In this document: one piece after another, positions 10,304 to 20,899 of the stretch
How positions within the stretch are numbered: the stretch's first letter is position 1
How the letters are laid out: the number at the start of each line of letters is the position of its first letter
From: Reclinomonas americana ATCC 50394
Taxonomy: Eukaryota
Reading direction: 5' to 3'
Assembly: GCA_048213135.1 (NCBI GenBank)
Contig: PS015022.1
Span: forward strand, 1-64,000
DNA: 64,000 bases
Program-made: the position numbers and the translations under genes
The notes under the pieces: generated by a model
What the model saw: only the letters and a program-made list of their open reading frames with translations
Databases searched by the model: none
What the model was told of the DNA's origin: nothing

Positions 10304-10375
10304 GCGGACTTCCAGCCTTGTCCGTCAACGCCTAGATTGCCGCGAGCGGTGCATCCACCGACTCGGAGCAGGCGA

Positions 10376-10780
10376 ATGAGCGATCGTAGCGAACTGGCGG
10401 AACTGTTCCTGTCGTCGAACGGCAGGCTGGCGCGCACGCCGTTCCTGATCGCCTCGGCCGTGGTGGTCGGGGTCGCCGTCTTCTACGAGGCGATCGCCAA
10501 CTACACCCTGCACTGGCTGACGGGCTGGTTCGTCTATCCGATCCTGCTGTTCACCGGCGCTTGCCTGCTCTCTAAGCGGCTGCATGACCGCGGCCGGTCG
10601 GGCTGGTGGTCGATGCTGATCCTGATCGCGGTGGTCGCCGTGTGGCCGCAGCCCGAGCACTTCTTGGATTTCCTGTTCTCGCTGGTGATCCTCTGGTCAG
10701 TGGTCGAGCTGGGCGTGATGGGCGGCGAGCAGGGGGCCAACCGCTACGGGCCCAATCCCTTGAAGACGATTTCGATCTAG
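10376..10780 (+). CDS. DUF805 inner-membrane protein
   Basis: GRLAR-x-x-F, KRLHDRGRSGWW and ANRYGP motifs. Confidence 0.85.
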   Translation: MSDRSELAELFLSSNGRLARTPFLIASAVVVGVAVFYEAIANYTLHWLTGWFVYPILLFTGACLLSKRLHDRGRSGWWSMLILIAVVAVWPQPEHFLDFLFSLVILWSVVELGVMGGEQGANRYGPNPLKTISI

Positions 10781-10821
10781 GGTCTATTTTCGGCTGGTGT
10801 TCACGTTAGGGGCGAATTTCG

Positions 10822-11223
10822 ATGATCCGGCAGTGGTTCGACGTGCGGGCAGGCATGGGGCGGGAGGCCTTTCTGGCCTATACGACGCTCACTTGGCTCA
10901 TCGGCCATCTGTGCTTCATCGGCTATTTTCTGGCGACCACCGACACCTACAGCTTCGCGGCGCTTGGCCGCGTGATCGATCATCCCGCCGAGACGGTCGG
11001 CGCAATCGAGCGCGCCTTCGGATGGCCGTTGGCGGGGCTGGCTTTGGTCCTTTGGGGCACCCAGGTCTGGGCGCTCCTGATGATGTCGGCCAAGCGGCTT
11101 CGAGATATGGGCAAGGGCGAGTGGTTGGCGGGGCTGTCGCTCATCCCAGGAGTCAGGATCGTATTCTGGCTGGCGCTCTGCAATTGGCCCGCGAAGGGGA
11201 CGGGGGTCGTTCGGACGGCTTGA
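10822..11223 (+). CDS. DUF805 inner-membrane protein (divergent)
   Basis: KRLRDMG motif and hydrophobic segments. Confidence 0.72.
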   Translation: MIRQWFDVRAGMGREAFLAYTTLTWLIGHLCFIGYFLATTDTYSFAALGRVIDHPAETVGAIERAFGWPLAGLALVLWGTQVWALLMMSAKRLRDMGKGEWLAGLSLIPGVRIVFWLALCNWPAKGTGVVRTA

Positions 11224-11237
11224 GCTCTCTAGGATCT

Positions 11238-11392
11238 TTCTGCGCCCCCATCGGGGGAGTGTCGGCCCGAAGGGACGACGGAGGGGGAAGGAGCAAGGTC
11301 AGCAGGACTTCCCCCTCCGTCCGCTGCGCGGACACCTCCCCCGCTGGGGGGGGAATTGGGGGGCTCACAGCCCTTCCCCATCAAGGGGAAGG
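11238..11392. repeat. GC-rich palindromic intergenic element (alphaproteobacterial RIME/CIR-like)
   Basis: GACGGAGGGGGAAG (11278-11290) and CTTCCCCCTCCGTC (11308-11321) are inverted, flanked by CCCCC/GGGGG hairpins, between convergent genes. Confidence 0.7.
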
Positions 11393-11419
11393 AAGCAGAG
11401 AGACGGCAAGCGCATGCTC

Positions 11420-12145
11420 TTAAACCGGAGCCTCAGCGTCCTCGACCGGTCCGAAGATTTTGGCGAAACTCGCCCGCAGCGCGGCGTCGGCCTCATCCAT
11501 GGCGACCGGCAGACCCAGATCCACCAGGCTGGTGACGCCATGCTCGGTCTGGCCGCAGGGCACGATGCCCGAGAAGTGCGACAGGTCGGGCTCCACGTTC
11601 AGGCTGATCCCGTGGAAGCTGACCCAGCGCCGCAGCTTGACGCCGATGGCGGCGATCTTGTCCTCGCGGCTCCAGCCGGCGCCCTTGCGCTCGACCCAGA
11701 CGCCGACCCGGCCCTCGCGCAGTTCGCCGGTGACATTGAAGGCGGCCAGGGCGTCGATGATCCAGGCCTCCAGCGCCGCGACGAAGGCCCGCACGTCGCG
11801 GCCGCGCTGCGTCAGGTCCAGCATCACATAGGCCACGCGCTGGCCCGGGCCGTGATAGGTGAACTGGCCGCCGCGCCCGCTCTCGAACACGGGGAAACGA
11901 TCAGGCTGGATCAGGTCGCCGGGCTTGGCCGAGACGCCGGCCGTATAGAGCGGCGGGTGCTCCAGCAGCCAGATCAGCTCGCCCGCGGTTCCGTCGGCGA
12001 TGGCCGCCGCGCGGGCCTCCATGGCGGCAACGGCTGCCGGGTAGGGTACGGGCCCGGTCGAAACCGCCCACCCCACGGGCGCCCCGTCGGCGCGGGTCAT
12101 GCGCGGAAGGCCAGTCTTTTCAGGGTTTAACGGGAGCGAAAGCAT
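11420..12145 (-). CDS. lipB: Lipoyl(octanoyl) transferase
   Basis: [33 protein letters not shown] and IVPCG motifs. Start may be 12100. Confidence 0.95.
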   Translation of the reverse strand: MLSLPLNPEKTGLPRMTRADGAPVGWAVSTGPVPYPAAVAAMEARAAAIADGTAGELIWLLEHPPLYTAGVSAKPGDLIQPDRFPVFESGRGGQFTYHGPGQRVAYVMLDLTQRGRDVRAFVAALEAWIIDALAAFNVTGELREGRVGVWVERKGAGWSREDKIAAIGVKLRRWVSFHGISLNVEPDLSHFSGIVPCGQTEHGVTSLVDLGLPVAMDEADAALRASFAKIFGPVEDAEAPV

Positions 12146-12217
12146 GCGGCCTTATTCTTGCAATCCTGGACGCCGCGACCAGGTGGGTCGTGCGTGTCAG
12201 TTCAAGGGTCTTACTTC

Positions 12218-12469
12218 GTGAGCCAGGTCAACGCCGTCAATGTCGAGATCTCGGTCCTGTTGGGTCGTTCGATCCTGCCGATGCAGCAGCTTCTGCGCAT
12301 GGGCCGGGGCGCGGTGATTCCGCTGGACGCCAAGACTCATGACGAGGTGTGGATTCTGGCCAACAACCACCCGATCGCGCGCGGCGAAATCCAGATCAGC
12401 GACGATCGCATCGCCATCCAGGTGACGCGCGCGGCCGACGTCTACGACTACATGGCGGGCGGCAGCTGA
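12218..12469 (+). CDS. Stand-alone FliN/FliM C-terminal (SpoA) domain protein
   Basis: VEISVLLG...LL...GAVIPLD...ILAN...IARGEI is the SpoA pattern. GTG start inferred. Confidence 0.8.
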   Translation: MSQVNAVNVEISVLLGRSILPMQQLLRMGRGAVIPLDAKTHDEVWILANNHPIARGEIQISDDRIAIQVTRAADVYDYMAGGS

Positions 12470-12554
12470 TCCGTCGCGGGGCGGAGTTCGACATTCTCGA
12501 ACTTCCGGCTTCCCAAAGCCGATCCAGTTTGCTACCAGCCGCCCCTCACCACGA

Positions 12555-12639
12555 GCGGTCGTGGCGGAATTGGTAGACGCGCAGCGTTGAGGTCGCTGTG
12601 GGGCAACCCGTGGAAGTTCGAGTCTTCTCGACCGCACCA
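12555..12639 (+). tRNA. tRNA-Leu(GAG)
   Basis: Acceptor stem GCGGTCG/CGACCGC, anticodon arm CAGCG-TT-GAG-GT-CGCTG, long variable arm, encoded CCA. Confidence 0.97.
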
Positions 12640-12786
12640 AGGTGAACTTGAGTAGAGCGTCCCGGCGAATTCGGTTTCCGACTCGTCTGGGGCGCTCTAA
12701 TCGTTTCTGGCCTTGGATTCGCCCCAAGGTCGCTTCATCGGACCAACCAGCACGAATCTGCCAGCTCTTGAGCTCAGGAGGCCCCC

Positions 12787-14256
12787 ATGACCCGGGACAC
12801 CGCCGAACTGAACGACGACGTGCTGGACGACACCCCGCTGGCTCACATCCCGCTTCCGAAGACCGAGACGCCCGAGGAGCTCGAAGACCTCGCCCTGGGC
12901 GATGACTACGCGCTCAATCCCGACTACGTCGAGATGGTGATCGACGCCGCCGATCGCGGCGACACCAAGCGCCTGGGCGAACTGATCACGGCGCTGGACC
13001 CGGCGGACGTCGCCGACCTGATGGGCTTTCTCACGGCCGACTACCGCGAGGAAGTGATCCCGCTGCTCGACCCGCAGGCGCTGGGCGAGATCATTTCCGA
13101 GCTCGAGGACAACATCCGCGAAGAGGTGCTGGAGGCGACGCCGTCCGTCACCCTGGCCCGGGCCCTCGAGGAGCTGGACACAGACGACGCCGCCGACGTC
13201 ATCGACGACCTTGACGACACCAAGCGCTTCCAGGTGCTGGCCGCCATGGGCGAGACCGACCGCGCCGCCATCGAAACGACCCTGTCCTACGAGGACGAGA
13301 CCGCCGGCCGCCTGATGCAGCGCGAGTTCCTGGCCGCGCCGGAATTCTGGACCGTCGGCCAGACGATTGACCATGTCCGCGAGGCCGGTGACTCACTGCC
13401 CGAGCTGTTCTTCGACGTTTATGTCGTCGATCCGACCTTCAAGCCGGTCGGAGCCATCCCGATCAGCATTCTGCTGCGCAGCCGCCGCGAGACGCCGCTG
13501 GCCGAGCTGATGGAGGCGGTCACCGAAATCCCGGTCGAGATGGACCAGGAAGAGGTCGCCTACATCTTCGACAAGTACCACCTGATCAGCGCCCCGGTGA
13601 TCGAGCCCGGCGGGCGCCTCGTGGGCCAGATCACCGTCGACGACATCGTCGAGGTCATCCGTGACGAGGCCGAAGAAGACATCCTGGCCCTGGCCGGTGT
13701 GTCGGACGCGGGCCGCGACGCCTCGGTGATCGAGATCGTAAAGTCGCGCCTGCCGTGGCTGATGCTGAACCTGGCGACCGCGACCCTGGCGGTCAGCGGC
13801 GTGGCCATCTTCCAGGACGAGATCGCCCAGCTGGTGGCCCTGGCCATCCTGATGCCGATCGTCTCGTCATTGGGCGGCAACGCCGGCACCCAGACTCTCG
13901 CCGTCGCGGTGCGCGCCCTGGCCAGCAAGGAGCTGACCACGGCCAACGCCCGCCGCATCGTGGCCCGGGAGCTGCTGGTGGGCCTGGTCAACGGCCTGTG
14001 TCTGGCGCTGGTGATGGGCGCGGCGACCTACATGTTCTTCGGGCCGTCCGACCACCACGACAAGCTGGCGATCATCGTCGGCGCGGCCCTGATCACCAAC
14101 ATCTTCACCGCCGCGCTGGGCGGCATCCTGATGCCGCTGGCGCTGGAGAAGATGGGTCGCGACCCGGCGGTGTCGTCGTCGATCTTCGTCACCTTCCTGA
14201 CCGACTTCACCGGCTTCTTCGCCGTGCTGCTGATCGCCTCGCTGCTGCTGCACTGA
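12787..14256 (+). CDS. mgtE: Magnesium transporter MgtE
   Basis: Acidic N-domain, CBS pair (TAGRLM, ITVDD), RLPWL, GGNAGTQ and DPA...TD motifs. Confidence 0.95.
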   Translation: MTRDTAELNDDVLDDTPLAHIPLPKTETPEELEDLALGDDYALNPDYVEMVIDAADRGDTKRLGELITALDPADVADLMGFLTADYREEVIPLLDPQALGEIISELEDNIREEVLEATPSVTLARALEELDTDDAADVIDDLDDTKRFQVLAAMGETDRAAIETTLSYEDETAGRLMQREFLAAPEFWTVGQTIDHVREAGDSLPELFFDVYVVDPTFKPVGAIPISILLRSRRETPLAELMEAVTEIPVEMDQEEVAYIFDKYHLISAPVIEPGGRLVGQITVDDIVEVIRDEAEEDILALAGVSDAGRDASVIEIVKSRLPWLMLNLATATLAVSGVAIFQDEIAQLVALAILMPIVSSLGGNAGTQTLAVAVRALASKELTTANARRIVARELLVGLVNGLCLALVMGAATYMFFGPSDHHDKLAIIVGAALITNIFTAALGGILMPLALEKMGRDPAVSSSIFVTFLTDFTGFFAVLLIASLLLH

Positions 14257-14281
14257 GATCTTCTCGCTCATCCGGGGAAAC

Positions 14282-14296
14282 TGGCGCCGACCTTGC
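14282..14296 (+). promoter_or_regulatory. sigma54 (-24/-12) promoter of spmX
   Basis: TGGCGC-CGACC-TTGC with GG-N10-GC spacing, ~55 bp upstream of the ATG. Agrees with the known sigma54/TacA control of spmX. Confidence 0.75.
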
Positions 14297-14349
14297 GCCG
14301 AGACAGGCGAACGCATCCGCGTCTGTCTCAAACTGGGTCAATCTAGGCG

Positions 14350-15633
14350 ATGAAACCGCGTCATCAGGTCTCCCGGGCCGCCGTCGATCTCATCAAGAGA
14401 TTCGAAGGGTACCGTCAGAAGGCCGCGCAGCTTCCCGATGGGCGCTGGACGGTCGGCTATGGCCACACCCTGACCGCCCGCGAGGGGGCCTCCGTCTCGG
14501 AAAAGGACGCCGAGGCGCTGCTCCTCTACGATCTCATCTCGGTCGCCCATTCGGTGAACGAGCACACCTACGCGCCGCTGAATCAGAACCAGTTCGACGC
14601 GCTGGTCTGCTTCGCCTTCAATATCGGCCTCGACAACTTCCTGCGTTCGGGCGTGCTGCGCCGGATCAACGAGGGCTCGCTGCTGCAAGCCGCGTGCGCG
14701 ATGGAGATGTGGCGCAAGGCCGACTTCGAGGGCGAGCGCATTGTCATCGACGCCCTGGTGCGCCGCCGCGCCGCCGAAAAGACGCTTTTCCTCACGCCGG
14801 CCAACGGCGAATGGGTCCCGGCGCCGAGCCCGGTGCTGCGGCCCAAGGTCGACTATGACGCCAGCTGCGCCGTGCCCAGGCAGACGCCCGCCGCCGTCAA
14901 TACGCGCACCGAGGGTGACCGGGTCGTCGCCGAGCGCGAGGACGGGCTGCCGCTGAACGTCGTCGTCCCGGAAGAGGACGGTCCGACGGCGACCGAGCAG
15001 TCGGCCGCCGCAGTGGCTGCTCGTCTGGAAGCGATCCTGCCGGAGACTCCGGCGCCAATCGCCAAGCCGGCGATCCGCCAGGACGATCTGGGCCTGCCCG
15101 AACCGCCCGTGCCGACTCGGCCGGCCGAGGTCGACCCTGCCCCGACCCTGTTCCCTTCCGAGCCGCAGGCGGTTCCGGACGAAGCGCCGCCCGCGCCCGT
15201 CGAGTTCACGCCGTTCCGCCTGACTCCGCAGACGACCGAAGAGGTAGAGTCGCCGGTCGAAGCCCCGTATCAGGTGCGTTCGGCTCCCAGCGAGCCGACC
15301 TTGTTCGGTGCGCCGGTCGCGGGTTCGTCGGTGTTCAATCTCGACGGCTTCTCGACGAGCGAAGACGCCAGCGTCGGCGTGATGGATGTGCCTCTAGTCG
15401 AGCCCGAGCAGCCGCGCTTCGGCAACGCAAGCCTTCTGATCAGCCTGGGCATCCTGGGCCTGGCCCTGTTCGGCGGCGGCGTTCTGTGGATCCTCACCGT
15501 CGCGGCGGGCTCTGACGGCCAGGTGAAGCTGTTCGGCTATGGCGCCAGCATGGTCGGCGCGATCTGCTTTGTGGTCTCGGCCTATCTGTTGCTGCGTCGC
15601 CTGGCCGGTCCCGATACGAGCGACGACGAGTAG
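14350..15633 (+). CDS. spmX: Polar development protein SpmX (GH24 muramidase domain, Pro-rich linker, two C-terminal TM helices)
   Basis: MKPRHQVSRAAVDLIKRFEG...WTVGYGHT lysozyme domain with E19/L28/T34, NQFDAL, Pro/Glu-rich linker and two hydrophobic helices. Confidence 0.93.
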   Translation: MKPRHQVSRAAVDLIKRFEGYRQKAAQLPDGRWTVGYGHTLTAREGASVSEKDAEALLLYDLISVAHSVNEHTYAPLNQNQFDALVCFAFNIGLDNFLRSGVLRRINEGSLLQAACAMEMWRKADFEGERIVIDALVRRRAAEKTLFLTPANGEWVPAPSPVLRPKVDYDASCAVPRQTPAAVNTRTEGDRVVAEREDGLPLNVVVPEEDGPTATEQSAAAVAARLEAILPETPAPIAKPAIRQDDLGLPEPPVPTRPAEVDPAPTLFPSEPQAVPDEAPPAPVEFTPFRLTPQTTEEVESPVEAPYQVRSAPSEPTLFGAPVAGSSVFNLDGFSTSEDASVGVMDVPLVEPEQPRFGNASLLISLGILGLALFGGGVLWILTVAAGSDGQVKLFGYGASMVGAICFVVSAYLLLRRLAGPDTSDDE

Positions 15634-15668
15634 TTTTCTTTGCTTCCCATGCGGAAGCTGTGAGCAAG

Positions 15669-15704
15669 AACGCCCGCTGGTCTCGATGACCGGCGGGCGT
15701 TTTT
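15669..15704 (+). terminator. Intrinsic terminator after spmX
   Basis: AACGCCCGCTGGTC-loop-GACCGGCGGGCGTT followed by a T tract. Confidence 0.8.
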
Positions 15705-15834
15705 GCTATGTCTCGACAGTTTTCCGGTGGAAATCGACTGCGATCGGATGCACACGCTGTCTCGGTGCTGAGCCAGAGCGTGACAAGCGCTGAAACCGCC
15801 CACATCTTCCGTTCGGGCGCTCGGGAAGGAAACT

Positions 15835-16995
15835 ATGTCGATGACTTTCGCTCCCTCGATGGATTTCGCGCTGGGTGAGACCGCAGACGCCATCCGTGAA
15901 ACCACGGCGCGCTTCGCCGCAGACAAAATCGCGCCGATCGCCGCCAAGATCGATGAAACAAACACCTTCCCGCGCGACCTCTGGGTCCCGATGGGCGATC
16001 TGGGCCTGCACGGCGTGACCGTCGAAGAGGAATTCGGCGGGCTGGGCCTAGGCTATCTCGAACACGTGGTGGCGATGGAGGAGGTGAGCCGGGCGTCGGC
16101 CTCGGTGGGACTGAGCTATGGCGCGCACTCCAACCTCTGTGTGAACCAGATCCGCCGCTGGGCGACGCCGGAACAGAAGCGCCGCTACCTTCCCAAGCTG
16201 ATCAGCGGGGAGCATGTCGGTTCGCTGGCCATGAGTGAGGCCGGTTCTGGTTCGGACGTCGTCTCGATGAAGCTGCGCGCCGAGCAGGTCGGCGATCGCT
16301 ACATCCTGAATGGCACGAAGTTCTGGATCACCAACGCGCCCCACGCCGACACGCTGGTGGTCTACGCCAAGACCGGCGAGGGTAGCCGCGGCATCACCGC
16401 CTTCCTCGTCGAGAAGGGGATGAAGGGCTTCAGCGTTTCCAAGAAGCTGGACAAGATGGGCATGCGCGGCTCGGACACCGCCGAGCTGGTGTTCGAGGAC
16501 TGCGAGATCCCCGAAGAGAACGTGATGGGGCCGGTCGGCGGCGGCGTCGGCGTGCTGATGAGCGGCCTGGACTATGAACGCGCCGTGCTGGCGGCGGGGC
16601 CCTTGGGCATCATGCAGGCCTGTCTCGATATCGTTCTGCCCTATGTTCGCGACCGTAAGCAGTTCGGCCAACCGATCGGGTCGTTCCAGCTGATGCAGGG
16701 CAAGATCGCCGACATGTACGTGGCCCTGAACTCGGCGCGGGCCTATGTCTACGCCGTCGCCAAGGCCTGCGACGCGGGCAAGACCACGCGTTTCGACGCC
16801 GCCGGCGCGATCCTGATGGCGTCTGAGAACGCCGTGAAGGTGTCGCTGGAAGCGATCCAGGCTCTGGGCGGCGCCGGCTACACTAAGGAATGGCCGGTCG
16901 AGCGGCTCCTGCGCGACGCCAAACTCTACGACATCGGCGCGGGCACCAACGAGATCCGCCGCTTCCTGATCGGCCGTGAGTTGATCGGCGGCTGA
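15835..16995 (+). CDS. ivd: Isovaleryl-CoA dehydrogenase
   Basis: [15 protein letters not shown]-x-x-SGSDV, KFWITN, KMGMRGS and [16 protein letters not shown] motifs. Confidence 0.93.
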   Translation: MSMTFAPSMDFALGETADAIRETTARFAADKIAPIAAKIDETNTFPRDLWVPMGDLGLHGVTVEEEFGGLGLGYLEHVVAMEEVSRASASVGLSYGAHSNLCVNQIRRWATPEQKRRYLPKLISGEHVGSLAMSEAGSGSDVVSMKLRAEQVGDRYILNGTKFWITNAPHADTLVVYAKTGEGSRGITAFLVEKGMKGFSVSKKLDKMGMRGSDTAELVFEDCEIPEENVMGPVGGGVGVLMSGLDYERAVLAAGPLGIMQACLDIVLPYVRDRKQFGQPIGSFQLMQGKIADMYVALNSARAYVYAVAKACDAGKTTRFDAAGAILMASENAVKVSLEAIQALGGAGYTKEWPVERLLRDAKLYDIGAGTNEIRRFLIGRELIGG

Positions 16996-17014
16996 TCCTG
17001 GTCTGCGAGACATG

Positions 17015-17047
17015 AAAAGGGCCGCCCCGATCGCTCGGGACGGCCCT
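17015..17047 (-). terminator. Intrinsic terminator on the minus strand
   Basis: Minus strand reads AGGGCCGTCCCGA-GCGA-TCGGGGCGGCCCT followed by TTT. Confidence 0.7.
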
Positions 17048-17102
17048 CCATCGTCGTAGCCGCTCTCGCAGCCTGTGACTTTTACCCTTGGCGCTCAACG
17101 CC

Positions 17103-17171
17103 TTAGGCGGAGACCTCGCTCTTCGGGCTCCAGGTCACGACTTGCGACCGCGGTTGGAGACAATGAGACAC
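17103..17171 (-). CDS. Unannotated 22-aa small protein MSHCLQPRSQVVTWSPKSEVSA
   Basis: GTG...TAA ORF preceded by GAAAGGAGGTGATCCA (GGAGG 7 nt before the start) and followed by a minus-strand terminator. Too short for the ORF track. Confidence 0.55.
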   Translation of the reverse strand: MSHCLQPRSQVVTWSPKSEVSA

Positions 17172-17340
17172 TGGATCACCTCCTTTCAGTTGTTGAACAA
17201 CACAGGACGGATATTGGACCGCCGTCGGCGAAAGGGAAGGGGCTATCGCTTGCGACGCGAGGTCGCGGTCGCTTGCGGGGTGCGCCGCTCAATTCCGGAG
17301 CAACATCTGATCGTCCGTCGCTCGCCCAAGGCCGCGTGTC

Positions 17341-19116
17341 TTATCTCTGCCAGGCGGGGCTGTGCTGGGCGCGCCGCTCGATCAGGCTCGGGCGCTTGCG
17401 AAGGTCGGTGATCGGCCGATCCACGCCGTCCAGCGCGAAGCCTGCGGCGACGTAGCCGGCCTTCACCGCCGGTTCGAACGCGCGCCAGTCCCGGATGTCG
17501 ATCCCTTCCAGTTTCGGGGTGATCAGGACGTCGGTCGCCTCGCGGGCGGCGGCGAGGTCGCGTCCCGTCGTCACGGTCGCGGCGCGCATCAACAGGGCCA
17601 CGATCGGCGGCCCCTTCCGCCACTCGCCTGAAACGATCCAGTTCCACAGCGACGGCGGCGTGACGATGTCGGCGCTGGTGATGCTGCGGCCGCGCGTGAC
17701 GTCGACGCCGACGATCGGGCCGAGTTGAAATGAGCGCATTACGTCGGCGGGGAAGTTCTTCATCACCGCGCCATCCACCAGCACCTGTCCATTCTGGGTG
17801 GCCGGCGGAAGCACGCCCGGCAACGAGATCGAGGCGCGCAACGCCCCCTGCAGGTCGCCCGTGCGGTGGAGTTGATAGGAGCCGGAGGTAAGGTTCGACG
17901 ACACGCAGAAGAACGGCAGCCAGAGATCGCTGATGTCGACCTCGCCAAAGTGCTCGTGCAGCCGGTCGCGGACCTTCTCGCCGCGTGTCATGGCGATCAT
18001 CGGAAAAGCGATATCGTCCAACGGACTGGTGTCGACGAAGGCCTTTTGAATACGGGCTTCCAGTTCTCCGTCGTCCCACCCCATAGCCAGACCAGCCGCG
18101 ACGATCGCGCCCATCGACGCGCCGCCCACGAAGTCGATCGGGATGCCGCGTTCGCGCATCGCCTGGATCGCGCCAATATGGGCGTAGGCGCGAGCCCCGC
18201 CCCCGGAGAGAACAAGGCCCACCGACTGACCCGTAAGCACGCGGGCCAGTCGCTGTAGGTCTCCGACGCCATTCTCGCGCAGATGGAACAGTCTGGCCGC
18301 CTGGGTCGCCGCCATCCAGGCCGCCGAGCCGGACGGGCGATCAAGGTTGGCGGACTGCAGCAGAATGAGATCCACCAGCCGCTGCGTCTGCAGCGGACCG
18401 GAAGCGTAGGACGGAATGGTCGTGGGCGGCGAACGATCGCCGCGGCCAACGCGGAATAGGTGGTCGACCTGACGGCCAACGACATGCTTCCACGCGGTCT
18501 CGTCGGCTTCGGCCACGTACAGCACGAAGTCATGCTCACGTTCGACGTTACTGAACCATTCGGTCGGCGCGAGCAACGACTCACCGCCTTCGACGGTGAC
18601 CGAGTAGCCCAGGCTTTCGATGCAGCGTCCCAGGCGCTCAACGACCGGGCGGATCGCCGCGCCGGGCTCTACTGCGATGAAGCCGAAGACCGAAGGATCG
18701 CCGATCGCCGCGTGCGTCTGCGCCTGACGCGCCCGGCGGATCATCAGCCGGGAGAGCTCCAGCATGACCGTCGGATCGTCCTCGGCCGCCTCAAAAAAGT
18801 CGTCGCGGGGAAGCGCCAGCACCTCGCTGTCGCGAAGAGACACCATGTTGGCCGAATGCGCCGTGCCCCCGACCAGGGCCATCTCACCCGCCGGTTCGCC
18901 CGGGCGGATCACGCCCAGGAATTGTGGTTCCTGGCCTTCCTCGCGGCGGAAGGCGCCCAGGCGTCCGGTCTTCAGAAAGTAGAGATGGTCCGCCGCTTCG
19001 CCTGGCTCGAACAGGGTCGCCCCGCCGGGCAGGGAAAACCAGGCCGCCGCCCCGGTTCGTGTCGCGCGGGCGAAGAGGCGGGCCAGGGCCGAGTCGTCGG
19101 GCAGGGGCGTTTCCAC
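17341..19116 (-). CDS. cNMP-binding domain plus patatin-like phospholipase (NTE/RssA family)
   Basis: N-terminal cNMP domain (GEMAL), GGGARAYAHIG, GASMG nucleophile and DGA motif. GTG start inferred. Confidence 0.88.
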   Translation of the reverse strand: METPLPDDSALARLFARATRTGAAAWFSLPGGATLFEPGEAADHLYFLKTGRLGAFRREEGQEPQFLGVIRPGEPAGEMALVGGTAHSANMVSLRDSEVLALPRDDFFEAAEDDPTVMLELSRLMIRRARQAQTHAAIGDPSVFGFIAVEPGAAIRPVVERLGRCIESLGYSVTVEGGESLLAPTEWFSNVEREHDFVLYVAEADETAWKHVVGRQVDHLFRVGRGDRSPPTTIPSYASGPLQTQRLVDLILLQSANLDRPSGSAAWMAATQAARLFHLRENGVGDLQRLARVLTGQSVGLVLSGGGARAYAHIGAIQAMRERGIPIDFVGGASMGAIVAAGLAMGWDDGELEARIQKAFVDTSPLDDIAFPMIAMTRGEKVRDRLHEHFGEVDISDLWLPFFCVSSNLTSGSYQLHRTGDLQGALRASISLPGVLPPATQNGQVLVDGAVMKNFPADVMRSFQLGPIVGVDVTRGRSITSADIVTPPSLWNWIVSGEWRKGPPIVALLMRAATVTTGRDLAAAREATDVLITPKLEGIDIRDWRAFEPAVKAGYVAAGFALDGVDRPITDLRKRPSLIERRAQHSPAWQR

Positions 19117-19286
19117 GCCGCGAACGCTAACCCGAACCGGCAGGCTTGACCACAAGGACACCATCAGGCGCAACTGTTGATCGCACAAGCGAAATGGTCG
19201 AGAACGGTTTTGGCTCGGAATCTTTGGGTTCGGGGTCCAAAAAACTCCGACTTTCAGGGCAGGGTGGAAAAGGCTAAGCGTCGGTC

Positions 19287-20879
19287 ATGCCGAAGTTGAA
19301 CTCCGTTATCGACGCGTCCAGCGACGCCTTCGCCAGGAACGCCGCCCATAACCGGGCGCTTGTGGAAGAGCTGCGCGCCAAGGTGGCGCAAGCCGCCCTC
19401 GGCGGACCGGAAGGCGCCCGCGAGCGGCACACGTCGCGCGGCAAGTTGCTGCCCCGTGATCGCGTCGAGCGCCTCTTGGATCCGGGCTCGCCTTTCCTGG
19501 AGGTCGGCCAACTGGCCGCCTGCGACCTCTACAATGGCGAAGCGCCAGGCGCGGGCATGATCTGCGGCGTCGGCCGCGTGTCGGGCCGCGAGGTGATGAT
19601 CGTCGCCAATGACCCGACGGTGAAGGGCGGCGCCTATTTCCCGATGACCGTAAAGAAGCACCTGCGCGCCCAGGAGATCGCCGCGCAGAATCGGCTGCCC
19701 TGCATCTATCTGGTCGACAGCGGCGGCGCGAACCTGCCGCACCAGGCCGAGGTCTTCCCGGACCGCGACCACTTCGGGCGCATCTTCTTCAACCAGGCCC
19801 GGATGAGCGCGGCCAGCATTCCGCAGATCGCCTGCGTGATGGGCTCATGCACCGCCGGCGGGGCCTACGTCCCGGCGATGAGCGATGAGACGGTCATCGT
19901 TCGCAATCAAGGCACTATCTTCCTCGCCGGCCCGCCGCTTGTGAAGGCCGCGACCGGCGAGGTGATCTCGGCCGAAGAGCTGGGCGGCGCCGAGACTCAC
20001 GGTCGCCGCTCGGGCGTTGTCGACCACGTCGCGGAGAACGACGAGCACGCCCTGGAGATCGTTCGCTCCATCGTCGCCAACCTGAACACCACCAAGCCGG
20101 ATCAGTTGGTGCTCGCCGACCCCGAGCCACCCGCTTACGACCCCGAGGAGATTTACGGGATCGTGCCCACCGATGTTCGCGCGCCCTATGATGTCCGCGA
20201 GGTGATCGCCCGCGTAGTCGACGGCAGCCAGTTCGACGAGTTCAAGGCCTTGTATGGCACGACCCTAGTCTGCGGTTTCGCGCGCATCTGGGGGCAGCCT
20301 GTGGCGATCCTCGCCAACAACGGCGTGCTCTTCAGCGAGAGCGCGGTCAAGGGCGCGCACTTCATTGAGCTCGCCTGCAAGCGCAAGATTCCGCTGGTCT
20401 TTTTGCAGAACATCTCGGGCTTCATGGTCGGCGGCAAGTACGAGGCCGGCGGCATCGCCAAGGACGGCGCCAAGCTGGTGACGGCTGTGGCTTCCGCCGA
20501 GGTCCCGAAGTTCACCGTCCTGATCGGCGGCAGCTTCGGGGCTGGAAACTACGGCATGTGCGGCCGCGCCTACAGCCCGCGCTTCCTGTTCACCTGGCCC
20601 AACAGCCGCATCTCGGTCATGGGCGGCGAGCAGGCCGCCAGCGTGCTGGCCACCGTCCACCGGGACGCCGCCAAGTGGACGCCCGAGGAGGCCGAGGCTT
20701 TCAAGGCGCCGATCCGCCAGCGCTACGAGGACGAAGGCAATCCCTACCACGCAACGGCCCGCCTCTGGGACGACGGGATCATTGATCCGGCGCAAACCCG
20801 AGACGTTCTGGGTCTGGCCATCTCGGCGTCGCTGAACGCGCCGATCCCCGAGACCACTTTCGGCGTTTTCCGGATGTAG
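19287..20879 (+). CDS. liuB: 3-methylcrotonyl-CoA carboxylase beta (carboxyltransferase) subunit
   Basis: [42 protein letters not shown] and the FGVFRM C-terminus. Confidence 0.92.
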   Translation: MPKLNSVIDASSDAFARNAAHNRALVEELRAKVAQAALGGPEGARERHTSRGKLLPRDRVERLLDPGSPFLEVGQLAACDLYNGEAPGAGMICGVGRVSGREVMIVANDPTVKGGAYFPMTVKKHLRAQEIAAQNRLPCIYLVDSGGANLPHQAEVFPDRDHFGRIFFNQARMSAASIPQIACVMGSCTAGGAYVPAMSDETVIVRNQGTIFLAGPPLVKAATGEVISAEELGGAETHGRRSGVVDHVAENDEHALEIVRSIVANLNTTKPDQLVLADPEPPAYDPEEIYGIVPTDVRAPYDVREVIARVVDGSQFDEFKALYGTTLVCGFARIWGQPVAILANNGVLFSESAVKGAHFIELACKRKIPLVFLQNISGFMVGGKYEAGGIAKDGAKLVTAVASAEVPKFTVLIGGSFGAGNYGMCGRAYSPRFLFTWPNSRISVMGGEQAASVLATVHRDAAKWTPEEAEAFKAPIRQRYEDEGNPYHATARLWDDGIIDPAQTRDVLGLAISASLNAPIPETTFGVFRM

Positions 20880-20899
20880 CTTCCAGGAAGGACCTTCCC

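Noticed and set aside
12555-12720. Prophage or island integrated at either tRNA-Leu
   Set aside because: No integrase and no duplicated tRNA 3' end seen; flanks are housekeeping genes.
17171-17187. 16S rRNA gene fragment
   Set aside because: Only 17 nt match and the flanks are not rRNA-like; better explained as an extended SD on the minus strand.
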